A DNA stretch of 64,000 nucleotides from Sphaerodactylus townsendi (lineage: Eukaryota), in contig NC_059429.1 in NCBI RefSeq assembly GCF_021028975.2, forward strand, positions 77,066,001-77,130,000. Reading direction: 5' to 3'. Both the position numbers and the translations under genes were made by a program. Positions 24,201 through 34,612 of this stretch are shown in pieces. The notes beneath the pieces were generated by a model. That model was not told the DNA's origin. It ran no database searches and was given only the letters and a program-made list of their open reading frames with translations. Position 1 is the stretch's first letter. Every line of letters starts with the position of its first letter.

Positions 24201-24785
24201 AGAGCACAGTAGCTAATAATACTTACAGAATGATTTTTACATACTTAATTTCCAGATGTGCTTATAACATTTGTGAATACTTATTTTATTTCTGCATCCA
24301 AAATGAAACTCATCCTGAAACTTCTCTTGGTTAATTTAATTTTCTTTATACCCTGATCTATACATTCTGACTCAAACAAAACTCATCTTTTTGGTTCCAG
24401 TTGGATGTAGTTGCATTTCATAACTATCATTGATTAGTGCCAGAATCAGCTATCTGTAACTGAGGCTGAAAACTACTGTAACAATGTGTAGTGGCTGGTT
24501 GTCACAGGAAAGTTGCAAAGATGCCAGATTTTAAAACACACCAGCCCCAACAACTTATCTCTATACTAAAGGTTATTGGAATGCTTGTCTCCTTCAGCCC
24601 CACACTTGCCAAAATCACAGTCCACTTTTTTTTTTGCAAATGTTCACTTAAGTTCTCAGCACATGGTAAGACTTTTCCAACAATTACACAAAAGACAAAT
24701 GAAAGCCACTTACCCCAGTGATCACAGCACACTTGTACAAGGTTATTAAGAGAGAGAAGCACAAGACTTGGATAACCATTTTCAT
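15107..24785 (-). CDS. PROK1: prokineticin-1 (EG-VEGF), 3 exons, 105 aa, intact
   Basis: Exons 24785-24714 ([24 protein letters not shown]), 16107-15982 ([42 protein letters not shown]), 15226-15107 ([39 protein letters not shown]). AVITGA motif, 10 Cys, GT-AG introns. Confidence 0.97.
15982..16107 (-). CDS. PROK1: PROK1 exon 2
   Basis: 126 nt, TAG acceptor, GTATTT donor. Confidence 0.97.
16200..16890 (-). mobile_element. L2 LINE 3' fragment
   Basis: ORF 16410-16730 (YKAL..G.LKDRL...[15 protein letters not shown]...AKTFF) matches the L2 ORF2 C-terminus; TAAA-type tail. Confidence 0.8.
18771..19882 (+). mobile_element. CR1 LINE ORF2 (reverse transcriptase) fragment, truncated at both ends
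   Basis: [66 protein letters not shown]; stops and frameshifts present. Confidence 0.95.
19880..20040 (+). mobile_element. 5'-truncated tRNA-derived SINE
   Basis: agagcatctgctttg...ccaatccctggcatctccag...ccctggagagccactgccag. Confidence 0.6.
20204..20704. mobile_element. 501-bp GC-rich Harbinger-type MITE
   Basis: TIR GGCCTCTTCTGCA...TGTGGAAAGGGCC, TSD AGT, internal palindrome. Confidence 0.75.
20912..21012. mobile_element. 101-bp hAT MITE
   Basis: TIR CAGTGGTGGGATTCA; TSD ATCGGACC/ATTGGACC; same family as 61875-61975. Confidence 0.85.
22085..22210 (-). mobile_element. RTE-type LINE 3' tail fragment
   Basis: (CA)n tail followed by caagttgtttctgactt...ctttgttcaggatttgcaaactg; related copy at 27237-27360. 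Confidence 0.5.
23480..23740. mobile_element. Penelope-like element terminal-repeat mosaic containing a hammerhead motif
   Basis: Direct and inverted copies of tctctgtgatacacctctgaagatgccagccacagatgcaggcgaaacgttaggaacaagatcc. Confidence 0.7.
23554..23594 (+). ncRNA. minimal type I hammerhead ribozyme motif
   Basis: CCU-CUGAAGA-U-GCC..GGC-GAAA-CG-UU-AGG: stem I CCU/AGG, both catalytic boxes, stem II, palindromic minimal stem III. Confidence 0.55.
24714..24785 (-). CDS. PROK1: PROK1 exon 1
   Basis: 72 nt, signal peptide + AVITG, GTAAGT donor. Confidence 0.95.
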
Positions 24786-27236
24786 GATGCTTGCGACAAT
24801 TAGTCAGCCCTCGTCCTTGTCCTCCTTCTCAGGATCCCTCTCTCATCTCACAGTTGCACTGACTGCAATGCTGCAAGTCTTTCTCCTCCCTCCTGTCTTT
24901 CTGGTTTCTCAATGAGATCTGATCACATCCGCCTCTCCTGGCTTGCTATTTAACATCTCAACCACTCGTTTGTCTCTGTTGCCAATGTGATACTTGCTCC
25001 AATGATCCCAGAGATCACAGGATGAGCCTTGAAGCTATAACATAAAATTCGAGGAGGGGACAATCAGTCTTGGCTCTTTGCAAGATTTATTTGGTGTAGA
25101 ACTGGAGTACACATACTTTTTGTGGGTGGCTGCTTTAAAAAAATTTCAATGTTGGCAGGCCTACAAATAATATAGCGATCAGATCTCTGTAGTTCTATTT
25201 TAACCTATTAATTTCTTTCAGTTGTGTCAATTTTGCAAGAAAGATGTTTGAAAATCAAACTTCCCTTTTTATAATGCCCATTTTGTGTCAAGTTGAGCAT
25301 CTTCCCCAGTCACAATATTTCCAGTGATTATTCAACATAATTATGCAACTGTGGCATTCAGCATGGTGGCTGACTGGGTTACCACTGCCAATATAAGCTG
25401 ATAACTTGCATAGATTAGATCCCCCGCCCCCCCCCCCCGGATCATCATGGGCAGGTCATGTCTCATTTAAGAACAGCTGTATTTCAATCACTTTTCAAGG
25501 TGCTGCTTTTGTGCCTGCCCAGTTTACAGCATTCCTTGTGTTGTCACTTAGTCGGAGTTTGCAGGAACAAACTACAGTTCCCTGATGGCAGTGCTCAAAC
25601 TTACATCTGCCCATAAGAAGGTGAAGCCCATAGGGCCCCATATGAAGGAGTCTACACACACCCCATCTGTGAAGGCTGCCCACAAGGATTAGGATGCCAA
25701 CTAGGCTCTTGGGCAAAGGAGAGCCCCAAAGTGCTAGGCAAGATAACTGGTATACTGACAAATGTGTAATTTAGAAAGACACTACTGGTAGACATGCTAA
25801 ATAGCAGGATTGAATAGTTGGAAACAGACTTCCTTTATTTAAATGCTCAAATTTAATTATCCAGACCTCTAAAAACACATCTCTGTTGGGAACCAGTGAT
25901 TATTTAAGAAAAGCCACACTCAGGATTGCCCTAGTGCTTCAATACTACCCTGCTGACATAGCTGTAAGTTACTTACCCTGAACCACCAAGGAGATGCAGG
26001 AAGCACTGGGGAAGACCTTTCTATGACCAAGACCCTGGACCACTGCTGTCATTCAGCACAGACAAGACTGAGCTAGACTGCCTAATGGTGTGATTCACTA
26101 CAAGAGAATTTCATATGATGCTGTATAATTCACACATGGAATTGTCAACGTGTACAAATATATCTCTTTTGTACAGGCCCAGATTGTCCCAAAACATTCC
26201 CCTGGATCTAAGAAATCTAAAGCTTTCCCACCCTCTCATATGCACACAAATATCTGGCCCTGCTTGTGAAATAGATTCTGAAGATGCTATTTTAGAGATT
26301 CTGGATGTCAACATTCTATCTAGAAATATCTCATCCAGGATCACACAATTACATTTCTGTGTGGTTCTTGCTGATTTGCACCATGTCAGCTGACTTTTCA
26401 ACCATCCTACCTACATGGATAGGATGTATGACTGTCACCCATTGTGAACTACATCATTCTGTATGAGAGTAGGACTTTTTTGACCAAGGCAGGACTGGAA
26501 TTCTTGTCTTCCTTGGGGTATAATCTCTGTTGAGCAGTTTCACACCTTGTGGTGCTCCTCTGCTGAATAATGTGTGGATATGCTGTTTAGGTATGCAGGT
26601 AAGTGACTTGTGGAGGGCCATAGAAGAAGTCAGCGCTTCTCATTCTCTATGCAAGGGGGGAAAGTTTGTACAGAATGAGATCATTGACCACATTTGCCAT
26701 ATGAGTCAGCCCTGCGGTTGTTAACTGGATGTCAGCACTAGAGTGAAAGGAGGCTGGTAACATTTTTCAAGCAGAGATTCTTTCAAAAGCTTTGCTTAAC
26801 TTCCCTGATCAATAACATTTTAATTTTCTCATGTGACAAGCCAGGATCCATTGACACAGATGGGTCAATTTACTGTAGCTGGCAACCTATTTATATCTAT
26901 GTTAGAGTTTACAAATGTGCACCTCAAGAATAACAATCTTACTGCTTTCTGAGAGTATCCTCTAAAAAACTGCTTGGCTGGAAAAGTTTAGTTTCTTTGT
27001 TTTAGGGGACTGCTGTCCACAACAAATAGGAAAGAATTAAATACAAACTGGGTAAAGGAGCTGGAAATTCCCCTGTGGAAGCCCCCCTAAAATATATGGG
27101 GGCTGTGTAAAACTATTTATCTTCACAGATGTCCCATGCATGGGGGAAGGGGGGTTGTGTGAAGAAGAATTTCCCAGTGACTTATGCCTATGATCAGTCA
27201 TTTCTTTAGTGACATTGAAGCTGCATTCCTAAACAA

Positions 27237-27360
27237 GTGTGTGTGTGTGTGTTAAGTGCTGTCAAGTTGCCCCTGACCTTATAAATCAATGTTTTATTGC
27301 TCACAGCTTTGTTCAGGTCTTGCAGACTGAAGACCATGACTTCTTTCACTTTCATAGAGT
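27237..27360 (-). mobile_element. RTE-type LINE 3' tail fragment
   Basis: (GT)n followed by aagtgctgtcaagttg...ctttgttcaggtcttgcagactgaag. Confidence 0.5.
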
Positions 27361-27530
27361 GAGTATACCTATGCCAATGTATCTGACCTAAGACATATCC
27401 ATCTTTCCACAACCAGGGCTAGGGCTTTTTCGGCTCTGGCCCAGCCTGGTGAAACTCTCTCTCAAATGAAACCTGGGCCTTGCAGGACTTGATTTAGTTC
27501 TTCAGGGTCTGTAAAATGGAGATGATACAC

Positions 27531-28447
27531 CAGGGCATAGACGCCATGGGGACATGGGGGGACAAATGTCCCGAGTGCCCACCATTTGATCACGTGGGGC
27601 CTGAAAAATTTGGGTTTGTTTGCATTTTATGCATTTTTAGTGTTTTTGACTTTTCAGCCAGCAGGGAGCACAATCTTTAGGCTAGCAGCACCGAAATTTT
27701 AGGATATCCTCAGGAGACACTCCTGATGATACCACCCAGTTTGGGTGAAGTTTTGTTCAGGGGGTCCAAAGTTATGGGCCCCCAAAGTGGGTGCCCCTAT
27801 CTCCCATTGTTTCCAAAGGGAGCTAATAGTAGAAGGAGCTTTCCTTTTGAGGGTCCATAACTTTGGACCCCCTGAACCAAACTTCACCAGAACCGGGTGC
27901 TATCATCAGGAGAGTCTCCTGAAGACAGCTTGAAATTTTGGTACTGCTAGCTTAAATACTGCTCCCCTGACAGACACCTCCAAATTTTCCCCAGATTCTA
28001 CCTTTAAATCCACCCGCTTCGTTGTGGATTTAAAGGGAGAATCTGGGCTCCCTAGTTTAAACAACATTGAAAGTGATGCTGGGGGGGGGGGGGTCCACCC
28101 TGAAACAGCATCATTTTCAATGTTGTTTAAACTAGGGAGGCCAGATTCTCCCTTTAAAGTGGATTTAAAAGGAGAACCTGGGCTCCTTAAGTCTAAACAA
28201 CATTGAAAGTGGGGTGGATTCCCCTCCCCCTGAAACAGCATCACTTTCAATGTTGTTTAAATTAAGGACTCCTGGGTGTGTTTTGATTTATGGGCATGTT
28301 CTATAATGTGATGGTGAGTTTGAGATGACCTGGTGCAAAAAATCATTCTTCAGTTGTGGGGGGTGGCGGCCACCCACATAGGGGTAGGGGGGTAGGCGGA
28401 AAACTCAGATTTTGCCCCGAGCTCCATTTTTCCTAGCTGGTCCTCTG
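27531..28447. mobile_element. modular non-autonomous DNA transposon (hAT-like)
   Basis: CAG...CTG ends; internal direct and inverted ~60-bp modules (ccctgaaacagcatcactttcaatgttgtttaaactaggg) shared with 56283-57823; no clear TSD. Confidence 0.6.
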
Positions 28448-28848
28448 GCTATGGCTGAAGGCCAAAACAGTCTTTAGGTCAATATGCCTTACCTGTTGGA
28501 CTATTCTAAAGATCTGCTGCTAGCATGAGTTCTAAAAAATAAATTGTTCACCCATGAGATTCCCCCTCTTAGAAGGATGATGGTAAAATAAGGGGGAATG
28601 TTATTGCTAAGGCCCCATTTTTAGATAGTTTTGTTTAGTTAGGTTTTAACTGGTATTAAGGAAATATGTAGGTTTTATGACCACACTATTAATGATATAT
28701 GAATGTATATTATTACTGTTATTATTGTTGTTAGCTACCCTGAGTCTCACTTTCTTGGGGAAGAGGAGGATAGTAATATTGTTGTTGTTGCCTATCTCAT
28801 GTTGGGTGTCCCTCTTTTTCTACTGCCACCAACTTTTCTTAGAATTAT

Positions 28849-28850
28849 AT

Positions 28851-28905
<55 letters not shown>
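28849..28905. repeat. (ATTT)n microsatellite / retroposon tail
   Basis: Direct reading. Confidence 0.9.
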
Positions 28906-29697
28906 TATATATATATACCACCCTCCCCGAAGGCTCAGGGCGGTGACAATGTTACAATTATTGTAACAATGTGACCAAAGTACAATATTCTTAAACATAC
29001 ATGGAAGAAACTTTCCTTGAAAGCAACACCATGTCCTTTCAAATAAACTTGGCTAGGATTGAGCTATCACAGGGCAAAATGGTTCAATTCTGTTTTCCCA
29101 ATATGCTTGCAGTAGAAGAAGGTTAATATCAGAGGGATGGCAATGTTAGTCTTTTGTAAAAAAATAAAATGGAAGTCCAGTGGCTCTGTCAAAACTAACA
29201 GATTCATTCACTGAGTGCAGCACTGGCATATTTGAAGAACTCTAGTTTGGTTTTAATGGAGTAAATTCAAGGAAGCCATTTCACCAGCTCAGGCTGTCTA
29301 CTGCAGTAACTGTAAGTAATCTTCCACTGAATAAATGACTGCAAATGTTTTTTCCACCATGAAAAGATGACAGGAACAAAAAGCTAATTTACGCAGCATC
29401 TGTAAGTAGATATGTTTTCATAAAGCAATATCAGCCTTCAACTAGATGCAACCATCAATGACAGACCTATTTAAATACTGGTGTGCTTCAATCACAGATG
29501 TTGCCATGGGAAGGAGCCTGTTTCTAAGGGGCTATGTGGATGAAAGGAACTGAATCCCTATTGCTTCCCTGGACTTCATTGTCCCACACACTGTTGCCCC
29601 AGCTGGGCACACTTCTGGTATTGGAGTCTAGCTGAGAGACAAATGCCTAGAGCGACAGGCATCTGCCCCACTCAATATTCTTAAGGTCCTGCTTTTC

Positions 29698-29699
<2 letters not shown>

Positions 29700-29739
<40 letters not shown>
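29700..29739. repeat. (CT)n microsatellite
   Basis: Direct reading. Confidence 0.95.
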
Positions 29740-29742
<3 letters not shown>

Positions 29743-32700
29743 CCAGACTACCTCATATTTCTTTCTCCCACCCCTCACTGGAGCAGAATACAGTTGATAC
29801 TAGTCTTAACTGCTAGGAGGTTTTTTTTTAGCACCTTTCTTATTAACCTTTAATTGGGTTACCTTCTTCAGATCCATTCCAAATCATCTGCCTGTCTCAC
29901 CAAGTTACTCCAACTGTTTGGGATATTAGCCCTAGCCAAAATGACTTCTTCCCTTTCATTCACAGAAGTGGGACTGGAAGCATTCAGACATTGTTGTTCA
30001 TTACATTTTCATATTAATTATGAACCAGCACAGTTAACCAGTGTCAGAAACTTTATAGTTTTAAACACAAATAGATGCAATATTTAAAAATGTAATTTTT
30101 TTCAGGCTGATTCCACAAGCAGTTTTTCTGTGGTAGTTGTGTTACTGGTGCAACTATTTGGAACACATGCAGGCATTTATTTACCTTCAAAAGTTTAAAA
30201 GCTGGAAATGTGTGATGGCAGCAGAACATCTTTTAAGTGTACTTTTGTCCCAGCAAAATATAAATTGTGTGTGTGGGGGGGGGGGGGGGGGGGCAAATTT
30301 AAAGTAAGAAAAGATCCAAGGATAAGGGCAAATTGACCTGTTCCCCACACATCGTTTAGCTCCCTAGTAAGTTTATCCAGGAGAAAGGGATTTACAGGTT
30401 TTCCTGGGTTGAAGCAGCTGGAAGCTATGTTGTATGACAAAGCAATACTAATATCTCTCTTAGAACATCACCAGAGAAGCTATGTCAGCCTCCTGGTTCA
30501 GCATGCATCTTCCTCTTGACTTGACCATACTATGTCTGATGAGAGAACGTGGTGGTGTGATTTGTTCTGAGGTCTTAAATGCTCCAAATGTCCTCTGTCA
30601 ATGCTGAATGACCAGCAGGGTAGGGCACCTTGACATGTGTCTGTATCAGTAGCTATGGGCAAAAACCTTCCCCTCCATCTGAGGTGGGAAGGAAAATTGT
30701 AGCCTCTAGCTACAATTCCTGTGGCACCACTCACTCTACCCCTGGCTGATGGTGATTCTCCAGGACCTTTTCTGGTAAAATGGAGTGCTAATCTGTTTTT
30801 AGGCAAGGGGATTTTGATAGCCAGAGTCAATTGATGAAGAGTAATACTGAGCGGATAGATTTGGCAAAGCTGATATATCTTTAAAGAGCTGCATTGGAAA
30901 AAGATTCTGCCTGTTATGAATTTCATTGAATTATTTAAAATATTTTATATTTGTTAAGCATATTCAAAGCATTTTCTAAAAAGAAAAATATATTTCAGTG
31001 TTGACATAAAGCAATAATAAAACCATTAAAAGAATTACAAACATAAAATTACATATAAAGTATAAATAAAATCAATCTAATCAAGAACTAACCAGCAGCA
31101 GGTAGCATTACAAGAGGAAACCACCAAAAACAATCAGTTATAAGAGGGCAATAATAACCAATGATTACTACTTTGCAACATAGTTTCATGCACTTTGATT
31201 CCATTCTTCTCCCACAACAGCTTCACTCATTTGAGCAGAACTTTCTGAAGGTGCCACCTTGCAAATGGTGATAGTGGCTCATATATATGCATTCTCTGTC
31301 ATGGCTCCCAACTTCTTATATGTCTGGCCTTAGAAGGCCCCAAAAGCTTCCATTCTTCTGCCACTATGCAGATTATATAAAACAGAATTGATCAGGAGGG
31401 CTTTTTTTAAATAAAGGAAATAGAATTGCACTATCACAGAATAGTTCAGGAATGAGTGTTTTTACAAAATAAATGGGACAGTTTATAGAGTCAGGATGCA
31501 ATAATGCAGCACAGAGGAGTTGTGAAAAGATGTCTCAGCCAACTTGATAAATGTCCACCGTGGCCCATCAGCTCGGCTGTTCTGTACCCCCTTCTGTGGG
31601 TTGCATGGGCAAAACATCAGCTCTAAAACTTTTACCTCTCCCCTTAAATGAGGAGCCCTGGATGTGTTATTTTAGTGCCTTTCCACTGAGCCATGCCTGT
31701 GTTTGCAGCGTTGTCTGCCTGTTGCCAAGTGGTGATGTCAGGGCTGCGGTGGAGCACCTGATGGCATGCCTTTTTTGGATCTACCTTCTTGGCCCATTCG
31801 TTACAGTGCTAGTCTTGAATGTGAAGGCTGTGAACTTTTGCCTGATCTCTCACTCTCACTCTTGCTCTCTCTTTCTTTGAAGGAAGGGCATGTATGGCTT
31901 GGAGCAAAGGTGGTTACATGTTGGCAGCACAATCGGATCCTTGCCAGGGCATTCTGCTGGTTGGAGACCCTTCTCCTATGGGCCATGGGGGAACACAGGT
32001 CAATTGCCTCTCATGGAGTTACGCGTTTGCTGGGTCTTCCCTCCTTGTCCTCTGGTATTCCATGTGGGAGGGGGAGTGGTGAAGAGGAGCAGTGACTTCA
32101 TTGGCAGCTGGTGGCTTACAGCTCCTAGGAGGGATGTCACCAGGGGTCACAGTCTGATTGGCAGGTGTTGCTAAGGTTGCTATGAACTCCAGCATGCTTA
32201 CTACATGGTCTGTGCCTTATGATAGGGTGGCATGCCCCCTCCCACATGGAACGTCTACAGGGATCTCACCAAAGGCAACACTACTACATTAGCAGCTGGC
32301 CACCATCATAGCAGCAGTTATCAGGATTGAACTTTTAATATTGTCAGTGTGGATGTTGTATGTCCATGCAGTCCCTGTATTATACAGATGAAATATGTAG
32401 CGGCTTCCAACACTCTCTTACCCCAACTGATTCCTGTTTGCCTAGAATGATGAACAAGTTTTCTCTTCTGTACACAGGTCCTTGTCCACAGTATGATAAA
32501 TCTTTACTTTCCACACATAACTCAAATGACTTTTCTCTTGGGCTCTGTGCTGCTGATGTGACAGATGGAATGATGTTTATCATACTCCCATAGGTGATTG
32601 GAAGTACCAAGAGAGACATTACTCTTTTTGTGCCTGACTTTCTCATCAGGAAAAGAGTGCTGATGCACCAGAATTAATGTGGCATTTCATTTAATATGCA

Positions 32701-32810
32701 GAACACAGTGCTCAATTCCAGTTGTTACAAACAGCTTTGGGGGGCCAGTCACTGGTGCTGTCCAGGAGTGGGGGTTGCAGTTAGTTCTGCAGAAGATTGT
32801 TGGGCAAATC

Positions 32811-32813
<3 letters not shown>

Positions 32814-32878
<65 letters not shown>
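32814..32878. repeat. compound (GT)n(GA)n(G)n microsatellite
   Basis: Direct reading. Confidence 0.95.
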
Positions 32879-32884
<6 letters not shown>

Positions 32885-33918
32885 GAGGGGCAGACAGAGA
32901 CTGTATATTCTAGTTTTAAACTGCAATTATCTCCACAATATAAGCCCAGGATGTGCTTCAGTGCACTCTTTGCTTTTCTATTTGTTTATTTTAATTGGAT
33001 TTTTGTAAGCTGCGATGGGGAGAAAAGCAAAGTAAAAATAGCTACAAACAAACAAGTAAACAAACCCATAATGTTTTTATATGTCAGGTATGAAATCCAG
33101 GTAAGTAGGTTTTTAAAGATCTGTCATAATACATATTATTTGTAGACAACAGAAGGATATTTAAGTAATTTCCCCTTCAGCCTCTATTTTTATAGTCATG
33201 GGAGCATACAGCCATGAAATAAAAGCCAGAGTAACATACTAATATATATATATATATTGATAGATATTTATTATTACGGCCTTTTGGCCAGCCAATCACA
33301 TACTAATATATAAAACAATAAATATCACAACATACAATAGACAGAGTAGCAACAGTCATAAAATCGTATTGGATATCATGTTGACATGTGACTCAGCAGT
33401 CCAAATTTGAGTTGCAGAGTTTCACTATTCAATCTTTTTGTGCTTTATTACTTACTAAAATAAAATGCATTCAATTGTGTAAGTACAGTAGTACTGTAGA
33501 AAACATAAGGACACAGTACTCTAGACTAGTATTTAGTGCTGCAATGAAACACTAAAGCAAATTTTAGGGAACAGTCTTTGGTGACCAAGCTGCTGTCATT
33601 GGACCCATGTAGAAAAATATCTATGTGGGTTGAGCTGCAGTGAGAAGGAAACCACCGCACCTTTCTTTTCTGACATGTCAGCACAGCTGAGCTTGTGTTG
33701 CGGACAAAAGAAGAAGTTTCTCCCTCTCCTCTGGGCAGTGCTTCAACCCATATGTGTATTCCTTCCTGTGGGTCTACCATCCCCAAGAACGATCTTCCTG
33801 GAAGGTTGAACAGGTGCAGAATGCAGATAAATCTGTGGAAACCAGTGCTCCGTGCACACGTGGTCAGTTACAGGCAGTGTAAAGTAAGCCGTCACAAGTA
33901 TGGGCAGTGAGAGGAAAT

Positions 33919-34003
33919 GTACTGTGGAAGGTTTTCACGGTCGGATTCAACTGGTTGTTGTGGGTTTCCGGGCTGCAGAGCCCGGAAAACCCACAACAAC
34001 CAG
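33919..34003. mobile_element. Penelope-like mini hairpin insertion
   Basis: ctggttgttgtgggtttccgggc / gcccggaaaacccacaacaaccag inverted; flanked by direct repeat (CAG)TGAGAGGAAAT. Confidence 0.7.
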
Positions 34004-34094
34004 TGAGAGGAAATTTGGTTAATTCTATTGTGTCGATGTATCGCTAGCACTGTTGCCTCGCTGACATAGGTAGCCTATGTTGCCAGCAGAGAAA

Positions 34095-34577
34095 TGACAC
34101 GGGGGGCGGGAAATCAAAGAAAGACACTTGACCCTACCAATAGCCACCAATCAGGGAGAAGCACGGTGCTGATGTCGCCACATTGGCCATACTTGGAAGG
34201 AACCAAGCAGTGCACAGCACAGGAGCCAACCAACGAGTACCAGCACGGCTCCACGGTGTAATTTGAGCCTACACGATAATTGATCAAAATGACAATATAC
34301 CCTATCTCAAAGAAGTTTAGTCGAAAATAAGTTCCGCTTATCTAAGAGACTTCTCTTCGCGCAAGTTAGTCAATCAAATCTTTACTACAGTCATAGAACA
34401 GCATAAGTCTGATTAAGGCTTAAAGTCATCCCGATCATGAAGCAATGTTCAGGAACGCAGCCTTCTCCGCTTAGACCGTTGTCCCTTCTGAGCCACCGTT
34501 TATATTCCTTTATCAGGTGACTAAAACCAGCTGACGACAAACTTTGGAATGCGGAAGAGGCCTTGGCGCAGCGCAAG
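34095..34577 (+). promoter_or_regulatory. LAMTOR5 housekeeping-type promoter
   Basis: Locally CpG-enriched; GC box GGGGCGGG ~34103, CCAAT at 34137 and 34147, ETS-like GCGGAAG ~34551; no TATA. Confidence 0.55.
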
Positions 34578-34612
34578 ATGGAAGGAGCGTTGGAGCATCA
34601 TTTGGAAGACAC
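34578..34612 (+). CDS. LAMTOR5: LAMTOR5 exon 1
   Basis: 35 nt, GTGAGT donor. Confidence 0.95.

Noticed and set aside
15107-24785. PROK1 as a venom-type AVIT toxin gene
   Set aside because: Single copy, conserved PROK1 sequence and normal synteny; no duplication or divergence seen.
27960-28270. CRISPR-like spaced repeats
   Set aside because: Eukaryotic context; the repeats are direct and inverted internal modules of a transposon without unique spacers.
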